The notes below the pieces were generated by a model. The model worked only from the letters and a program-made list of their open reading frames with translations. It made no database searches and was not told the origin of the DNA. A stretch of DNA of 64,000 nt, taken from the NCBI GenBank assembly GCA_043228905.1, contig JBHGNT010000013.1, forward strand, positions 3,472,001-3,536,000. The letters are read 5' to 3'. Below, piece after piece: positions 38,797 to 52,282 of the stretch (the first letter of the stretch is position 1; each line of letters begins with the position of its first letter). The position numbers and the translations under genes were made by a program. Source of the stretch: Azolla caroliniana. Lineage: Eukaryota; Plantae; Polypodiophyta.

Positions 38797-41404
38797 TTAT
38801 ATCACAAGCATCATTTTCTTAGGTGTAAATGGAGTAAAAGTGACCAATGCATAAGACTCAGCAATTGCGAGAATTTGGTCATTAAGTACCTGCCATTATA
38901 ACATATATTCAACATTATTTACTTTGAAAAGGGCATGTTTGCATTCAAAATATCACAAACTACTTACACTTAAAAATGATGATTCCTGTTGGAGAGTCTC
39001 CAAAGCATCAACTAGAAACATATCATCACATGTGTTAGAGAGAAAGGATGCACGATTCATGTGACAGAATTTTACATATGTATTAGCATGATATCGTATT
39101 GAAATGGTGTATGTACCATTAATGTTACTTAACTGGAAGGTAGGTATACCGAAAATGCATGTGACATAGTCCTATAACTTTCTCGAAGATAAAGATTTGC
39201 ACCTATCCAAACCATGAATTGATTGGACCACCAATTGGCTACCACTCTTGGTAATTTCAAGACATGAAGGAATTGTTACATGTAATCCATGGTCTCTCAA
39301 TTATGTATGTACTTACCTGTGGTTAATTGGGTAACATAGTCAAGCTTGTTACGCAAAGCAAGAAAAGCATTCATAACATCAGTGACCATCGTGTCAGAAG
39401 TATTTGAATTCGTCTTGATCAAAGTTACGTGGAATGCTAAAGCATCCTACAATAAGAGATATGTATCCAAGATCACCATATACAGCATTAACCAAGATTT
39501 CACTTAAAAGAATCTAATGCATGTATCAAATCTATACATAATTTCACAAGGTCATCTATACCATCAAATAAAACTATGACTAGAGGAAATGGGAACCTAT
39601 TTAAAACACCAAAGAGTACATCCAAGATGTGTCGTGTGCTAATGAGCTACATGTAGAGAAACTTTGAAGCTAGAAACATTTAAGATAAAGAATTACATGA
39701 TTAATTATCCAAACCAAAAATGGGAGAGAAAATTACCGTAGAGGTCAAATGGGCCGAGTCCTCATCAAGTGACACTTGATAGTCAACACTATATCCTCCT
39801 CTCTAAGCTCATACATAAAAAACATTAAACACAAATGTGTGTTACGGAGATGACAGACGTATTTTTGCACAAGTGCATTTCTGTTAACGACCAACCACAT
39901 GTATGGATGATTTCATTACCTCTCGCCATGGCAACATCTTCGTTGCAATGTCAGATATAGCATAGTCATAGTAGGTTTCAAGGGCATCCACAGATGGGAA
40001 ACGAGAGACCAATGCATGAGTGAAGGAAACTCCTCGGCTTTCCAACACCCTCCCTACAACATTGGTTTCCACATGGTTACAACCGCATTACACGTTGTTA
40101 AATCTAATCTACGGGGGATCAATTGGGTTGGAGAGTGTCCCATACACAATAACAATAACTAGCATCTAGACACCAAACCTCCAAGTTCATAGGACACAAT
40201 AATGATAACTAGCATCTATACACCAAACCTCCGGGTTCTATACTATATAGTCTCTCGTTAACTAGCATCTATACACCGAACCTCCAGGTTCTATACTATA
40301 AAGTCTCTCAATAACTAGCATCTATACACCAAAGCTTCGGGTTCTATACCATACAGTCTCTTGATAACAAGCATCTATACACCAAAGCTTCAAGTTCTAT
40401 ACTATACAGTCTCTCGATAACAAGCATCTATACACCAAACCTCCGGGGTCTATACTATACAATCTCTCGATAACTTGCATCTATACACCAAACCTCTGAG
40501 TTCTCAATATGTATCCATCCAACATAGACCCGAGGTTTCAAGCCATCTGGATAACTATCACTTAAACATGGGGTTTCAGACAGTCTCGTGGATAACTATT
40601 GTCCGGGTTTGGGGTTTCACATACATCTGTAGTTACTAGTAACCTTTGGTATAATTTTGAAGGATCAGGTGTAGTGCATGGTTTGAGATTGGAATTTGGA
40701 AGTAGGAAATGGAAGCAAAAGAACCTGTGAAGAGGAAGTATAAGTCACTGTAATTGTTGTATTGGAGATCAATGAGGCCCTCCAGAATCTCTGTCTCAGC
40801 AGTAGCATTCTCTAATAGGCCAGGCATGTCAAGCAACAGGGGATGCTCCACAACATCGACGACCGAGGCGGCCATGGCCATGGCCATGGTCCTAATAAAG
40901 AAAAACAAAGGAAATATGGTTGTGTTTTGGGGTGAGAGTGAGAGAAGATGCTGGCATTGTAATGTCAAGAAGAAGTGATTGATGGATGTGACTGACATGT
41001 CCATGCTACATGGTGCCCATTTGTTTCTTATGCTGATGATGATGGGCATGATGCATACATGCAGAAAATGCACACACATACATGTGTTTCTCATGATGAT
41101 GGCATTGATGCATACATATACATACACATTTATATGCATATACACTTGGTGATGATGATGATGGCATTGATGCATACATATACATACACATTTATATGCA
41201 TATACACTTGGTGATGATGATGATGATGCCCATGCCACATAGTGGGTGTTCCAACCAACATATAATAGCATTAGAGAGGTTACCACACCTTCCATTGTTC
41301 TTGGTGACTACAGAATCAGCAAGATCATGAGTTGTGGAAGCATTGGTAAGGATGTGATGGAAGGGTAGTATTAGAAGGAAGATTAGCAGAGGAAAGGAGT
41401 GCAT
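38797..41404 (-). CDS. Seven-exon gene for a protein with two stress-responsive A/B barrel (Dabb)-like domains and an N-terminal hydrophobic leader
   Basis: GT-AG exons join in phase: 41404-41289, 40891-40725, 40053-~39919, ~39803-39738, ~39446-39317, two small exons ~39202-39123 and ~39011-38968, and last exon 38889-38797 (7-8 exons depending on the model). Motifs: VVEHPLLL, FTHALVSRFPSVDALETYY, SVDY, MSHAFSVYLPS. Confidence 0.75.
40156..40505 (+). repeat. Intronic 53-bp minisatellite, about 6-7 copies
   Basis: TAACTAGCATCTATACACCAAACCTCCGGGTTCTATAC... recurs at 40206, 40259, 40312 and onward. Confidence 0.9.
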
Positions 41405-44400
41405 GTTGGGTTTTGTCTTGAATGGATGGGGTGGATGTCCATGGAAGAGAAGGGGTGTGTGTGCCATAAGTGTATGTTTTTGTATCCATTGGCTGCGCCG
41501 CCCATCCCATGCCTAGGCTGATTACGAACCCGAAGGATCATTGAAGATGATAAGGATGTTACATTCAAGTTGTGAGACGATCTGATCCCGATTCCCCAAC
41601 TACTTCTTCTTTTTTAACATGTGAGAGATTTTGGGGTCCGAGACAACATGGTACAAGAGGGTTTTTTTACTCTCACCACTTTTTCCTTCTAATAACGTTT
41701 GTCCACCATTGTCAAATGATCATCTCGTTCATCATTAAAGAGTTGTTGTGTCACACCATTGGCAATGATCCACCTCTCATCATTAACAATTGTTGTGTCA
41801 TGTGGAAGATTAGCACATGCATATTGATCTCAAAAGACTATGGTGGGTCAACCTCGATCGATCATGCAATATATCTATACATTGTGTTTAGTAATTACAA
41901 AAAAATAGTCTCAACCATCCATTTGGCTTTTGGTTAATGTTTTTGTCCCCCATCTATTCATGATAAATAAATGTTTTTATAAAAAGGTAAGAATTGTTAG
42001 TTGGTCACATCATGTCTCCCCACCGCCAAGTGGGTATTTGTTACGAATTACATTGATTTATGATGCTTATTGGCGTTCTTCCTGACGTATTCTTAGTGGT
42101 AAGGATGCAGTTTTGTAAATGGGTAGCTTTAGAATATTGATAGTGATTTGTAGAATGAGGTCCTTCCACACAACTACTAATATTGATTTATGGTGATGGT
42201 AATTGATCTTATCAGTTCCCCGTTTTGTTTATCCTAGATGTACTTGATATGTTTTGGCCATACATTTTGGAGTGTGGTCGAGATTTATATTATTGTTTGG
42301 TGACACCTTTGTGGAAAGGCTACATATTGATGTCGGATCCTTTTTTGCCTTTGGCATGTGCATTTCGGCATGACATTCATCTCTAGTAGCGAATATACAT
42401 TCTAGGTTGAAAACAAAATGAAACCCAATGGAAATGGGATGTCAATCAAATTAAAATAGGTAGATTTGTCTTCATTGTTTTTGGATACTAAATTAAGTGG
42501 CATGAAGAGGTTTAATCTAATTATCTTCATGGCATGTCGTATATCCTACTTTTGGATATAGTAAGACATTGATTATTGGATCTACCATTCCAACAATGCT
42601 AGTGTGGATATTTGGAGCCAATATATGTATATTTGATTTCATTATGATCATAAGATCATGGCATTTTGGCGTCACTAATATGTGGTGGTGGCTATTTGAT
42701 ATCGTTGATGTCTTGATTTCATGGTCATCGTGGCTCTTTTCATAAAACTATTGAGGTGTTCTCGGTCGTGATTCATGCATAATATTGTGGTTGTTGATGT
42801 GGACATTTTATCAAAGAATTTATATGCAAGGAGTGGATGTATGTAAAATACCTAACCTTGAGAGCATTGTTGGGTTTGTTTAGCTCAACCATGATTTCTA
42901 TTAAAATCAATAAAATCTTACCATTTATCCTCCTCATTTTCTTGCCATTTTATCCATAGTAACAATGCCAAATCAATCAGGCAAAGTTTGCTTGGTTGAA
43001 TTATTAATCCAAAAACAATGGTTAGACATCTTGGTTATAATATCCGTTGAGATGGAATGCAATAGGGAAAGCATTGGTTGTTAGGAAAGTGTAACAAAAG
43101 CTAAGCTATTAGCATATTGCATCATGGCCCCTCCACGTTAGATTTCGTAAAATATTTGTTCCAATATTTTAAAAGACAAGAAGGAAATATTCCAACACAT
43201 AAAATAGAGAGAAAGAAACTTTAAACCAGGGAAATCTTTGTTCTTAGAAGTTTACATCGGAATATTATATTTACACGATTGTTAGGCAAACAAGAGCCTA
43301 GAAATGTCTTTTTTCTTAGCAAAGAAATCGGTTGAAATCAATTTTGGATGTAATAAATTATCAAGGTCACTTAATGAGCTTCAATGACATAACATGTTGA
43401 TATAGTCTAGAGTCACATTATTGACTCATGTGGAATAAATTGACAAATTTGATACTCACATTACTTCATGTATCTTGTTTAAAAAAGAGTATAGGTTTCA
43501 TGATTGGATGTCAAAAAAAGCCTATATTGTTATTGAAACCGATAACATTAACACACATTTAGTGTATAAATTGCTAAAACCCTCCTCCTGGTATGAAGAA
43601 CATGCAAATGTTTTGTGGTACTTAGGCAAAACATGATCTTTATGGAAGAACAAGCTTATTGTTATATGTAGGTTTGGTCTTCCACTTAAGCACAAGGAAC
43701 TCATATTCAGATACTTATGGGGTGTGCCTCCCATTGGGGCAAGTCTTCAGATGAGAAAGATAGCTTCATTGCATTGTGTGTGATATGGTGGAGAATTTGA
43801 AACAACTTTACATTGAATATGGATTTGCTCACTCATCAAAACATTTATACAAAGAATAAGTGAATCACCTACCCGCAATTCATTGGTTTGCCTATATGCC
43901 ACATCACCAATCAACCAATGCTTATTTCTCCCAATGAAGAAGATTTTGGGCACTGCGGAACATTTGAATGGCATTTGGACTTCAAACAATTCCTTCGACA
44001 AACTCTATTGAAATGTCTATGACTTACGGACATCCTGCTTCAAACTTACATTCTTTATTTTCAGTGCTTCTAAGAACTCGTGTCTCGTCAATAAAAATGT
44101 AATTGGCTACCTCTAAGAAAGTGTTTGGTAAAAAAAAAGAGCAAATGACTACCTCCATACGAGTTGAGAGAATCAACATTGCTTTGAAAAGACAACACAC
44201 GCAACATATAATATAATAAATAGGGACAAAGCCACAAGAACTTATTATGAGATGTCAAAGGTCCACCCAAATTATCTTGTTGCTAGCAAGTTCCCTTGAC
44301 AGACTTTCTCTTTTGTTGAATGCAAATTCATACAATTTGATTATGGCATGCATAGCATTGAGGGAAGACGGGTAGATTCATTATTGCTATTGCAAAAAAT

Positions 44401-45049
44401 CGAGGTGGAATCTCACCAATAGACATCATCAGCAAGATAATTGGGCTCATTGATGTTACTTCCGAAAATCTAAGCCGAATCTTGGAAAATAACTTTGTTT
44501 AAACCTATTTTGATCACATATGTGAGTACAAAAGAGCAATTTCATACCTCAAGGATGTTCTCTTTTTGAACAATACCTCACTTCCTTGGTCATGCACATG
44601 CACACCCACTCTTGAAATGATAATGATTTCATACAAAGTTGTCGAGACAAGAAAGACATGCATATGGCGAGAGCGAATTAGAGAGAAAGAAAGATATATT
44701 AACGTCTTCTAAGGCCAAAATTGGCCCATGACGGGGGTGGAGAGAACATGGATGAAGGAAGCTCGATTGAATAACTTCTATTTCCATTGGTGGGGTTGTG
44801 TGTTAAAGACTAGAAAGACATGCCATCTAGAAACTTACGTGCAAATAGTGAGAACTAAACTTTGGCAGAACAAGCATATGGATTGATATAGTGAGAATCG
44901 AAGCCTAGTGCATCCATCGCCTGCCCATATAAGCATGCATGATTCGCCTCTAGGGAACAATCCTAGAGACAACAAAGACAAATCTAAAACCAACAAGAGA
45001 GACAATACCACCAAACTTGGGGTTCTCTCAAATTATGTGACTTTGATGC

Positions 45050-45640
45050 TATGGGTGTCCTAGTTAATTAGGAGCTAATCACAACCAAAGTAGCTTCGTC
45101 GATTAATGACTAATTACTATGATTAGTGATTTTTAACGTCCACCAAGAGATCGGTGCCCTAGGTAAGTAGGAGCTATTTACAACTGATTTAGTTGTGTTG
45201 ATAAGTGACTAATCCTTCTACTAATTGTTGTGGTTAGTGGTTTTTAACATGGGAGACCAAGTAATTACGAGCCAATCAAGACCAAACTACCTGAGCTCAT
45301 TAGTGGCTAATCCTTCCACTAATAACTATGATTGGTGTCCCATGCTAATTAGGAGCTAATCACCGGCTCATTTTAACACCTGCGAGAGATTGGTGTCCTT
45401 GCTAATTAGGAGCTAATCACAAACCAACTATGAGCTGATTAGTGACTAATCCTTCTACTAATAACTGTGATTAGTGGCTAATCCTTCTACTAATCATTAG
45501 GACTTGTCGTTCCACTAATACCTGCAATTAGCGACTAATCCTTCTACTAATAACTGTGTTTAGTGGCTAATCGTTCTACTAATCACTGCCATTAGTGACT
45601 AATCCTGCCACTAATAACTGCAATTAGCGACTAATCCTTC
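45050..45640. repeat. Degenerate 32-bp repeat array with palindromic core ATTAGTGACTAAT upstream of the PPR gene
   Basis: Units at 45438, 45470 and onward: ATTAGTGACTAATCCTTCTACTAATAACTG. Confidence 0.8.
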
Positions 45641-45868
45641 CCGTGAAAGCTCCTAATGGTGGGCACAGACAGAAACTCTCTGTTTCTCTCTACTTTGACA
45701 TCGTATATCATGTGTATTCAGGCCTGATCCGTCGCATCTAGGGTTTATTGTACGTATCATGCCTGATGAAAATCAGTGATGATGATCTATCTCATCAAGG
45801 GTTTCATGTAGATTTGCTGGAAAGAACCCAGCGATGACGATCCATCTCACCTAGGGTTTCATGTAGAT

Positions 45869-48800
45869 ATGAGAAGGAAACCAGCGATGAAGCACCCCAT
45901 TCGTAGTCATTCTTGTGCGGTCGAGGAAGGAAACACTGTTTCTAGAAATGAGTTCGACGACTATGGAGATGAAATGCTCGATTTTACGTATGTGCGATTG
46001 CTCAAGTCTTGTGCTGAAACGAAAGACATAAAGAGAGGTGTGAGTTTACACAATGATATCGTCAAGAAGAGATTGCTCGAAAGAAGCTCTTATGTAGCAA
46101 GTAGTCTCATCAACATGTATGCGAAATGTGGATTTCTTGGAGAAGCCCAAGACCTGCTTGAAAGTATCCAGTTTCGGAATGTGGTCTCATGGTCGACGGT
46201 GATTTCGGGTTACGTCCGGCAAGGTCAAGGGCATAAAGCTTTGGATTGTTTCGATCGAATGCAAAAGGAGGGCATATTTCCCGATGCAATCGCGTTCGCT
46301 TCCATCTTAAAGGCTTGTGGCATCGTCGGAGATATTGATAAAGGAAAGGAAGTCCATCATGAAATTATCACCATGGGATTGGTCTTAGAGAAAGATATTG
46401 TGTTAAGCAATGCTTTGGTCGATATGTATGTGAAATGTGGTCATGTTCCGGATGCACAACGAGTGCATGATCAGCTTCGTGCTCGAGATATAGTCTCTTG
46501 GAATGCATTAATTGCAGGGTATGCCCAACAAGGTCAAGGTCATGAAGCACTGGTTTCTTTTCGATTGATGAGAAGGGAGGGATATTGTCCGGATGTGATC
46601 ACTTTAACTTGCATCTTGAAGGGGTGTGGAAGCATAGAACATGCCACAAAAGGTAAAGAGATTCATAGCGAGATTGTTGATAGGGGATTGCTATCAGAAA
46701 ATACCTTGCTGGGAAACTCCTTGGTAGATATGTATGCGAAATGTGGTGAATTTGAAATAGCAAAGAAAGTGCATGAGGAGCTTCCTTTCCGAGACATTAT
46801 CTCTTGGAATGCACTTATTTCCGGGTATTCTGATTGGGGTCATTCTAGGGAAGCATTAAATTGTTTTGAACAAATGCAATATGAGGGTCAAACTCCAGAT
46901 GTGGTCACGTTTACATGTATTTTGAAGGCTTGTGGTAACATGAGAACTATTCAGGAAGGCAAAGAAGTTCACAATGTGATTTCTCAAAGGGGTTTGTTAG
47001 AGAAAGATGGCATGCTTGGCATCAGTTTAGTGGATATGTATGCCAAATGTGGGCTCCTTGAAAAAGCACAACAAGTGCACGACGAACTTCCTTTCCGAGA
47101 TACAAACTCATGGAAGGCATTAACTTCCGGGTATGTCCAAAATCAGAGAAACTCTGAACTATTGAAGTGTTATGATGTGATCCTATGTGAAGGCCTCTTT
47201 CCCGATGTGGTTACCTTAGTTTCCATATTGAAAGGATGTGGAAATCTACAAGATCTTGAGAAAGGAAAGCAAATTCATGGCGAGATAATCAATAGGGGAC
47301 TCTTAAAGAGAAATGTGGTGATTGGCAATGCATTAGTGGATATGTATGCCAAGTGTGGCCACTTGGAAAAAGCACGAGAGGTGTTTTATGGGCTTCCTGA
47401 ACACAATTTAGTCTCCTGGAATGCACTAATTGCAGGGTATACACAACAAGGGCAAAGGAAAGAAGCACTGGATCTTTTTGAATCAATGAAAAGTGAGGGA
47501 TACTCTCCAGATGCTGTCACTTTCACATGCATCTTGAAGTCATGTGGGAGCCTTGGAGCTATTGATAAGGGGAAACATATTCATGATGAGATTATTCATA
47601 GGGACTTTCTAGAAAATGATGTTGTGCTAGCTACCGCGTTGGTTGATATGTATGCCAAATGTGGGGTGCTTGCTAAAGCACAGGAGGTGCTTTATGGCAC
47701 TCCTTTCCGGAACGAGATCTCGTGGTTCGCTCTAATATCTGCGTATAACCAATATCAACAAGGTTATGAAGTGTTAAAATGTTTTAAACAGATGCAAATC
47801 GAGGGCTTCTTTCCCGATGCAGATACGCTGGTTTGCATTTTGAAGGGTTGTGCTATTGTAGCGGCTGTTGACAAGGGCGAGCAAGTTCATGCCGGAATTA
47901 TTAGTGGATGCATGTTAGATCAAAATATTGTTCTTGGTAGTGTTGTGGTGGATATGTATGCCAAATGTGGAATGCTCAAAAGAGCATACCATGTGCATGA
48001 TGATCTTCCCTTCAGAGACATAGTCACTTGGAATACTCTAATTTCAGGGTATTCCCAACAAGAACAAGGGCATGATGCATTGAACTGCTTTGAACAAATG
48101 ACAGTTGAGGGACTTTATCCAGACGAGGTCACTTTAGTTTGCATCTTAAACTCCTGCAGTAGTGTCGGAGCGCTGGAAAAGGGCGAGCAAATTCATGAAA
48201 TGATTATGACTGGTGGTTTGATTGGGAAAAGCGTTGCCATTGGCAATGCTTTGGTGGACATGTATGCCAAATGTGGTGTTCTTGGGAAAGCATTGCAAGT
48301 GCATGTTGACCTTCCGATTTGGGATACAATCTCATGGAATTCATTAATCGCAGGGTATGCCCAACAAGGGCAAGGTTATAAAGCATTGAATTGTTTCCAA
48401 TGGATGCAGTCTGAGGGCATGAATGCAAATGCAGTCACATTTCTTTGTCTCTTAAAGGCTTGTGGTAGCATAGGGGCCATTGATGAGGGGAAACAAATCC
48501 ACAATGATATTGTTAGTAAGGAGTTGCTAGAGGCAAATGATGTACTTGGCAATGCTTTGGTGGATATGTATGCCAAATGTGGTTTTCTTAGAAAAGCGCA
48601 AGAATTGCACGATCACCTTGTTGTTCATAGCCTAGTCTCTTGGAATACATTGATTAGTGGATATGCCCAACAAGGACATGGGCATGAAGCATTGAATTGC
48701 TTTGAACAGATGAAGAATGAGGGTCTTATTCCTAATGGGATAACCTTCCTATGTGTAATGAGTGCATGTAATCATTCGGGTCTTTTAAAAGAAACCGAAA

Positions 48801-49051
48801 CATATTATGTAAATATGAGCAAAATGTACAATATTATACCAAACGTAGAGCATCATGCTTGTATGGTGAGTGCCTTCGGAACTGGAGGTCATTTTTACGA
48901 AGCGATGATGGTCATGAAGAATACCAGGCCTTCTTTTAACCATTACCCTCCTGTATGGCTTGCATTGTTGGCCGCTTGTAACAAATGGGGAAATGAAAAG
49001 GTTGCACGATCCGTTTTTAATCAATTCAGAGAACATATGATGAAATTGTGA
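45869..49051 (+). CDS. Intronless PLS-class pentatricopeptide repeat protein ending in an E-like region, no DYW domain
   Basis: 1060-aa intact ORF with nine LVDMYAKCG..VSWNALI.GY..DVVTF..ILK.C triplets of about 102 aa. C-terminus EHHACMV...VWLALLAAC. Confidence 0.95.
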   Translation: MRRKPAMKHPIRSHSCAVEEGNTVSRNEFDDYGDEMLDFTYVRLLKSCAETKDIKRGVSLHNDIVKKRLLERSSYVASSLINMYAKCGFLGEAQDLLESIQFRNVVSWSTVISGYVRQGQGHKALDCFDRMQKEGIFPDAIAFASILKACGIVGDIDKGKEVHHEIITMGLVLEKDIVLSNALVDMYVKCGHVPDAQRVHDQLRARDIVSWNALIAGYAQQGQGHEALVSFRLMRREGYCPDVITLTCILKGCGSIEHATKGKEIHSEIVDRGLLSENTLLGNSLVDMYAKCGEFEIAKKVHEELPFRDIISWNALISGYSDWGHSREALNCFEQMQYEGQTPDVVTFTCILKACGNMRTIQEGKEVHNVISQRGLLEKDGMLGISLVDMYAKCGLLEKAQQVHDELPFRDTNSWKALTSGYVQNQRNSELLKCYDVILCEGLFPDVVTLVSILKGCGNLQDLEKGKQIHGEIINRGLLKRNVVIGNALVDMYAKCGHLEKAREVFYGLPEHNLVSWNALIAGYTQQGQRKEALDLFESMKSEGYSPDAVTFTCILKSCGSLGAIDKGKHIHDEIIHRDFLENDVVLATALVDMYAKCGVLAKAQEVLYGTPFRNEISWFALISAYNQYQQGYEVLKCFKQMQIEGFFPDADTLVCILKGCAIVAAVDKGEQVHAGIISGCMLDQNIVLGSVVVDMYAKCGMLKRAYHVHDDLPFRDIVTWNTLISGYSQQEQGHDALNCFEQMTVEGLYPDEVTLVCILNSCSSVGALEKGEQIHEMIMTGGLIGKSVAIGNALVDMYAKCGVLGKALQVHVDLPIWDTISWNSLIAGYAQQGQGYKALNCFQWMQSEGMNANAVTFLCLLKACGSIGAIDEGKQIHNDIVSKELLEANDVLGNALVDMYAKCGFLRKAQELHDHLVVHSLVSWNTLISGYAQQGHGHEALNCFEQMKNEGLIPNGITFLCVMSACNHSGLLKETETYYVNMSKMYNIIPNVEHHACMVSAFGTGGHFYEAMMVMKNTRPSFNHYPPVWLALLAACNKWGNEKVARSVFNQFREHMMKL

Positions 49052-52000
49052 AGCTTGCACAAAATGTCATAGGAGAGATGTTATTGAACGCATTATTATT
49101 TGCTCATAACAAATGGAGAAATGTAAAGCTTTTTCAATCCACTTTTAATCAAGTCTTAGAATGATGCAAGAACATATGACGAAATGATAGAAGCTTGACA
49201 AAATATTTTAGAAGAGAGATTTTGGTAGAATTGAAAATCTTGCATTGGCGTAGATAGATACCCGAATATTCTTGCAATGGTTAACAAAGGCACCTTTTGT
49301 CGAATTTCAGAGGAAGAAATTTAGTATTTGGAATAAGGTATGCATAACAAGAACATAAATGTGGTCGGAAAAACTATGCAAATTTGGAAGAGCCACTACG
49401 TGTTTTGGAAGCTCCATGTGTTTGTATATTGATAAAGTAAAATACCCAAATCTTCAAAAAAAAGAGGGAGGGTATCTCCCTATGTGTGAGGGTCGGCGTA
49501 AAAAATAAATAAGCTTAATCAGTAACACATTTTTTTACCTTCCAAGTCTTGTGGGGGGAGGGTTCTTGCACATGTCAGTTGGTTAATCCAGACATGATCA
49601 TGTTTCAGACTAGAATTTTGATCCAATCATTGTAGTTATATACTTACATCGACTTGAAAGTGTCTTTGTCTAACATATGATTGGTCTTTCACATTAAGAA
49701 TTTAGTAATGAAAGACAAAAATGCCTTTGGAAAGAGCCCTCCTCATTGGCTATTACATTAAGTCTTTACTAACACAAGACAAAAAGCCTTTAGAGTTTGA
49801 AAAGATCCCTTTTGATATGAACCACTAAAAAGAATTTCTATTTCTTTCGAAAAGACTAAGAGAAAATTGTAAAGATTCATCAAGAATATACAATCCATTA
49901 TATTTGCCCACAAGGCTAAGGTATTGTCCGTTTATGAATGCTCCTTCTTGAGAAACTACGTTGCTACAAGTTAGAAGTCGAAAAGTCTATGGTTGTGTCC
50001 AATTCAAAGCACTTATTAGACAATGAGGTCATTGAAATATGATCGAGTATCTAAAGTATTTCATGTCTATGTTTAGCCTTAAGATGATCACATAATGTTA
50101 GTACAAACAATTTGCAAGCAACACGTAACATGTACTAGAATTTTTAGTTTCCCATTTTGGTCAAGCCCACAAACTATTAACATGCGAAGAAATGATGTTA
50201 CCTGATAGTATTGCAAATAATGGTTTTAAAAAACAAAAACAAAAACTATATGTTTTGTTGATACATACATTGATTTTTGGAAGGGTAATGTATTTGCAAG
50301 TCTTTGCTTCTGAGTGTTTTTCATAGAATAATAACAATTCTCGCACAAAAGGTTTAAACAGTATTTTGAAAGTTTCACTTGCATAGAACGGTAAAATTGC
50401 CATTTTGCAGACCTTTGTAGACTTCAAAACTTGACATTTGTTGCCCTCTGTGGAAAATTGTGAAGTGTGAAATACAACATCGACATATTTGACAACATGT
50501 TAATATCTCTTTTTGACACTTCACAATAGTTTGTAAGCATAAGCCACTTTCAAATCTCTCCACTAAAGTTTGTAAGAATAAGAATTAGAATACTTATGAA
50601 ATATCTCCATTGTGCGCCAACAATTATTCATCTTTATGGAGTAATTTAACTTCCATGTCAACAAAATACACCTAGAGAGTTATTTTCGTTCTTAATAGTC
50701 GGGAATAAATTTTGGTAACATAAAAGTTTGATTAATTGACATCGTCATTGCACCTCCAAGATAATTTACTATTCAAATTTAGATTGCATGTCTTGTATTT
50801 CTTTTCATTCATTTTTTCAAGGAAAGATCTACCACTAAGGACTAATTTCCTATTTTTTGGCTTGGTAAAAAATGTTTCAGCAATTGACCTGAAGCAAGTA
50901 AATATAAACATAGAGTTGTCACTGTTTCAATAAAAACCTAATATATACTAAAAAAGATTAGGTTGATTGAAGTCACTATGGAATGATGGAACCTAGAGTT
51001 TTTATTATCAATTTGGCACATGGAAGACTCCACAAAACTAGCCTTCCTGAAAAAAAGTTGTGCGTTTCTTTAGAATCAAAATTGAAGAGATGTGCACACA
51101 TAAATTTCAATACAAAAACAAAAGTAGACTGAGAGATAATGGAATAAAGTCTAGAAAACCTCTCGATGGATGGGGAAAAGGTTGGTTATTGTCAACATGC
51201 ATTCGAAGGGTCATGCGGGAAATGACTATATATTGATATGAAAGCATTGTTTTTTAACAAGAAAAAGTTGGTAAAAAAAGAAGAAACAAAAGAAAAGAAA
51301 AAGTTGGTCATAGCGGATAAGATTAGGTAAGTGCTCTAAAAAATCAACTTGTCAATTTAGAGCTATTTCTAGAGCTATGTGTATTCTTTTTGGAGGCTTG
51401 GAATTTTGTCCCATCTCATAAAAGGAAGTCCCTTTCTTATTTTATCCAATGTATTATCATAGAAAACTCTAACATATGCATGATGTTTTCTTTATCTTGA
51501 CCATTGCCCCAAAGATTTAGTTATTTCCAGAAGTATGCTTTGCCAACCCTAGAGTGAGAAAAAAGGGATAATTTCACGATTTAATTGTCCAAATAACTTA
51601 CAAATGTCAGAAAAAAGGATGCGTTAACCATTGAGAAGGGGTTTACCAAGGGCATTTGGGGAAATAATGAAAATGCCAAGGTATTGGGGCAAATAAAGGA
51701 AATTTCAAGGGTATTTTGGAGCTTTACCCTAAAGTTTCATTATGTTATTTCAAGGACAAAAACCTTTGAATGCCCCCACTCCCGGGAGAGAAGGAAATAT
51801 TTATAAAGGAATAAAACTTTCATAAGGAAATATAGAAATTTCTACTAGCAAGAGGCAAAACACACTTCTAGAACCCTCGTCCCCACAAGGCACTATGTAT
51901 AGTCTCAAGTGAAGTGGGAGAAATGATTCGATGACCCCACATTGATGGGAGAAAACATTTATTATTGGTCTAACAAGGAGGCACAATCAAAAGTTGAACC

Positions 52001-52102
52001 CCAACATTGAAGAGACTATTAAAACCGAAATAGAGAATATAAAGATGGATGCAAGGTTGAGGCATTGGAATCCTGGCATAGAAGGCTAAGAATCTCCATT
52101 AT

Positions 52103-52244
52103 ATGGCTGATAAAATGCAATGTTTCGCTAATGCGCCTGTTGCGGGATCATCTAAAACTTATTATCATATCCTACATAAACAAGAGCAAGAGACATTCAT
52201 GGACATTAATCATCTTAGGAGTGTCTTGCATCTCTCAGGTGTGC

Positions 52245-52282
<38 letters not shown>

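Noticed and set aside
42000-44700. Short ORFs (43522-44270) as a gene or transposase remnant
   Set aside because: I could not recognise any motif and the frames are riddled with stops.
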